A DNA stretch of 64,000 bases. It comes from Caecitellus pseudoparvulus. Taxonomy: Eukaryota; Protista; Bigyra: Bicosoecida. The first letter of the stretch is position 1; the number at the start of each line of letters is the position of its first letter. The notes below the pieces were generated by a model. The model was not told the origin of the DNA and searched no databases. It saw only the letters and a list, made by a program, of their open reading frames with translations. A program made the translations under genes and the position numbers. This document shows positions 60,201 to 64,000 of the stretch, in pieces. The DNA lies in the NCBI GenBank assembly GCA_965644315.1, contig CBFFRQ010000030.1, positions 124,001-188,000 on the forward strand, read 5' to 3'.

Positions 60201-63200
60201 ACGGACCCCGGCGGCGCCGCGTACACGCTCAACGTCGCCCAGGTCGACGCCAACTGCTCCCCCAGCGAACTGCTGGTCTTTGACGGCGGCATGGTGGGCG
60301 TGTTCACGGGCGCCCTGCAGAGCACGCTGGCGCTGGGCGGCGCCGAGGCCGGCTCCATGCTGGCGCCCATCGCCACGGCGGGCAACGCGTCCTTTGTCCC
60401 CAGGCGCTTCCGGAACTTGGTGCTGGCCGTGCAGCGGTGCGCCGTGGTGGAGGGGCAGGGTGCCGCGGACCCCTGGGCGGGGGAACTGCACATGGGCCAG
60501 GCGGGGGGCAGCGCCCCCCCCTCCGCCCCCTTCTCCCCGCCCACCGTGCCAGAGGACGCGCCTCTGCATGAGGGCCTGCCCCCGCCGCGCGAGTCAGCAG
60601 GCAGCGTCGTGCTGCCACTGTCCCCACAGGAGTCCCTCAGCACCGTGATGGGGGAGGAGGATGTGCCGGGGGGGGGCGGCTTCCTGCGTGGGCGCATGGA
60701 CACCCTGACCTCCGTGGGGGGGGCCTCCGCCCCCGCGAGCCCCCCCTCCAAGGCCCGCGTCACAGTGCTGCCGGCGGCTGCTGAGCGCCTGGAAGCCCTG
60801 GGCATGGCGTCCCAGGCCAACGCCCTGGGTTTCCGCTTCACCGTCCCCCGCAGCATGCTGGCCATGACGCCGGTGCTGCTGGCCGCCTTCCCCGCCTCCA
60901 CGCCCGCCCCCATGCGCGACGTGGACCTACCCAGCCCCGCCACAGACCGCCGCGGCAGCAGCGCCGGCAGGGGTGGGCAGGAGACACCTCCGCTCTTCTC
61001 AGCTGCCCGGTACCAGGTGGCACCCCCCGCACACCCCACTCTGGTGGCCATGGCAGCTGCACGGGATGTGGTGGCGTCCGTGACGGGGGCGGGGTCCCGC
61101 CGCCGGTCGGGGGACGTCACCCTCATCCCCTTCCCCTCCCCTGTGCCAGACCACGCCATGGCCGCGCTGGCAGTGGGCGGGGACGGCTGGGCCGGTGCCG
61201 GGCGCACCCCCACTGCCATCATGGCACGCATCGCGGCAGCCTCCCGCTCACGCAGCGTGGCGGCGTGCCTGGGCCTGGCAGGGCCCAACGCCCACGTGCG
61301 TGAGCGGGGCGACCCGCCCTCCGCGGCAGCCTTGGCGGCTGGCGGCGGCTGGATGTACTGGGGTCCCGGCCACGGCTACGTGCTGGGTGAGGCCCACACA
61401 CGCAGCCGCCGCATGCCGCTGCAAGTGGTGCCTCGTGGCAGCGGCATCGCCCTGGAGGAGGGCCAGGGCGTGGAGGAGGACGCCGCCGCCCGTGTGAGTG
61501 ACCGCAGTGGCCGGCCCGTGCTGACGAAGTGGATGGCCCGGGGGCACTGGCGGCGCGAGCGGGCGGTGGCGGCACTGCTGGCACGGGCGGTGGCTGCCGT
61601 GGCAGCGACGGGCGTCATGGACACCGTGGACGGCCGCCTGTGGGACTGGGCCGCCATCGGGCACGTGCTGGACACGGTGGCCACCTCCCCCGAGGTGCTG
61701 TCCGTGCTGCTGGGGGCGCCGTTGCACACCCGCCAGGGGGGCGCCGCGGAGGGAGCGGGGTCGGGCTCCTGGGAGGCGTTCTCTGTGGACGACAAGACGC
61801 GCAGTGCGCTGGGGGACGGCAAGTTCATGCACCGCCTGTGTGGCTTCTTCACCCTGCACATGGACTGGCTGGGCGGCATGCTGGCGCGGCAGGAGGAGGA
61901 GGAGCGTGCCCGGACCGCCCACTCCTCCTCCCGGGCCAGCCGTGTGCGGGCCCAGACGGCGGCGGCCCTGGCCTCGGCACCCAAGGAGCGTGCCGCGGGC
62001 TCCTCAGGCCCCTCCAGCACAGTCGTGAGCCCGCTCGCTGACCCCTCTGCCAGCGAGGCCTGGGGGGAGACAGGCCACGGCACGGGCGGAGGCAGTGCTG
62101 CCGGGAAGGGCAAGGCATCTGGTGCCGCTGGCGGCAGTGGCGGTGGCTTCTTTGGCAGTGTCGCCTCGCGTGTCTTCGGCTCGTCGAGCGAGGGCAACCC
62201 CTTCGAAGCGGCGGGTAGTCTGGCCCTACGAGGGTTCCCAGACATGCCCTGGTCCCCCGCTGCCCTGCGCATGCTGCGTGTGGCGCGGCAGTGGCTGCTG
62301 CTGCTGCTCATGCACCCCAAGGGGCGGGAGCTGCTGCTGGAGCCAGCGGACCCCGCCGCCAAGCCCAAGGACTTCGCAAAGGAGCGGGCCAAGCACGGCT
62401 ACGCGCCGGGTGACGCGCGACGTTTCATCGCGCAGATCCTGCTGGCGCTGCGGTACGAGGTGGGCAACACTGCCAACGTGAGCCTGTTCAAGCCGCTGGT
62501 CATGCTGGACGACAGCCACTCCGATCCCAGCATCATGGCACCGCCCAAGGCCACCGTGAGCCGGGGCGCCAAGGGCATGCGGGAGTGGGAGGAGGAGGCC
62601 TGTGCCAAGTGCCCGTCACCCTTCGCCTGGTCGCGCTTCTCACTCGTCGCGGGGCGCGAGCTGCTGGCGCTGGTGGGCGTCCTGACCTCCTGCAAGCAGG
62701 GCATCGCCATCCTGCACGAGCTGGACAAGGCGGGCTTTGACGTGGAGGCGCAAGAGGTGGGCGGGGCAGGGGAGGGCGGCGGCCCAGTGCCCCCCCCTGC
62801 ACACCCCTCCCATGGCGAGGGCGTGGAGGAGGAGGCGGAGGAGGGCGCTCGCCCCACCTCTACCTCCCGCCCCCGCCCCAGCATGCACAGCACCGAGCTG
62901 GCCACCTATGAGAGCAAGGCCATGACGTCCTTCCGCCGCAAGACCATGCGGTCCAGCCATGCAGCCATGGACCTGACTGGCACCAGCGCTGCCACGGGGG
63001 GGTCGTCTGCCCCCGTCAGCAGTGCCGACAGCACACCTGCTCCATCCCCCGCCTCGACGCCACACCGGCCCTCAGCCGACGCACGCCGCATGTCCAGTGT
63101 CAGCGTCGCCAGCCGGGGCAAGGGGCGTGTGCGCAGCCTCAGCACGCTCATGGCGCCGGGAGCTGTGGTGCTGGGACCCGGCAGTCGCTCCACATCCACC

Positions 63201-64000
63201 CTCAGCATCGCGTCCGAGGGCCGCGAGGCGCGCTCCACCACTGGCTTCTTTTCCCACCTGTACCGGACCGGTGGTGGCAGTGGCGCGCCGACGCCGGGGC
63301 GGGACAACCTCGTCGCCCCCCGAGACGCCGACGCCATCGGGCGCATCTTGCTGCCCGCTGCCCGACACCGCTCCAAGGACTACCTGTCCCGCGCAGTGCT
63401 GTCGTACGTGGACTACGACAGGGCCGGCGCCGCCGGTCGTCTGCTCATCAGTACCTGGGCGGCATCCCGGGCCGCCTCCCCCTCGTTGCGCCTGTACGCG
63501 GTGGCCTACACCCGTGTCCTCCTGCGGCAGGGCTGCCCGGGCTGGTCCTCCTGGGCTGTGGACACGCTGGTCACAGCCATGCACCTGCGCCTGGACGCGC
63601 CACACCTCGCCGCCGCCGCGCTCAGCGTGCTGACCGAGGCTGCCGCGACGGCAGAGGTGTACCGCCGCGCCATCGTCGCCCGGCGGCCGCCAGTGCAGGA
63701 CTTCCCGCCCAGTGAGGTGTACCCGCTCCTTCTGCACCTCGTGTCTGAGCCGGAGGGCATGCTGCTGGCGGCGCAGTGCGGCATGCTGGGCAGCCTCATG
63801 CAGGCCTGGCTGGGCACGGAGCACGTGCGGTGGGCGGCTGAGGCGGAGGCTGCCCTGGCGTCAGGCCTCACCAGCGACGCTGCCTGGTGGGCACAGGCGG
63901 CCGAACCTGCCCGCCTGCCGCATGCCGCGGACCCCACCGCTGCGGGCTCTGCCCATGCAGCGCTGGCGGCCCAGGCAGCCCACGCCATGGCAGCGCATGC
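54257..64000 (+). CDS. RICTOR: RICTOR (TORC2 subunit), greatly expanded; 3' end outside window
   Basis: ATG 54257, intron 54356-54425, then a frame that appears open to the window end (no ORF-track entry terminates in it). RASALRVLRY..LVRSLE..WERTQAVKL..GGVQALL (RICTOR_N); WDWAAIGHVL..KFMHRLCGFF (RICTOR_M); KDYLSRAVLSYVDY..LRLYAVAYTRVLLR..WAVDTLVT (REM-like region). Confidence 0.88.

Overview
GC-rich, very gene-dense eukaryotic genomic DNA with short GT-AG introns (mostly ~65-165 bp; donors usually GTGCGT/GTGAG). The aureochrome points to a stramenopile, and BBS1, IFT140 and CDKL to a flagellated cell. About 25 protein genes are supportable after manual splicing: DAG lipase (partial), an orphan membrane protein, CDKL kinase, mitochondrial Met-tRNA formyltransferase, BBS1, CDC14, an inositol 5-phosphatase-C2-CaaX, PAQR/AdipoR, an orphan multipass protein, IFT140, GalE, an orphan SQ/TQ-rich protein, PIG-B, LRMDA-like, BRAP2, TPX2, a pseudokinase, a secreted PLC-like phosphodiesterase-fold candidate, an SSX2IP/ADIP-like protein, a degenerate SMYD, aureochrome (bZIP-LOV), RPL19 and a greatly expanded RICTOR that runs off the window and is absent from the ORF track. 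Most ORF-track entries are antisense or off-frame shadows. The leading observations are: a complete aureochrome in a host whose trophic mode is unknown; an AT-richer, hairpin-dense non-coding locus with a diverged 188-bp tandem duplication (46695-47210); a ~1650-aa insertion in RICTOR; two pseudoenzymes; a concentration of cilium/centrosome genes; and a recurrent CAATTTCCGC motif near start codons. No CRISPR array, rRNA, tRNA or recognisable transposase was seen. All family calls come from motif recognition by eye, not from database searches.
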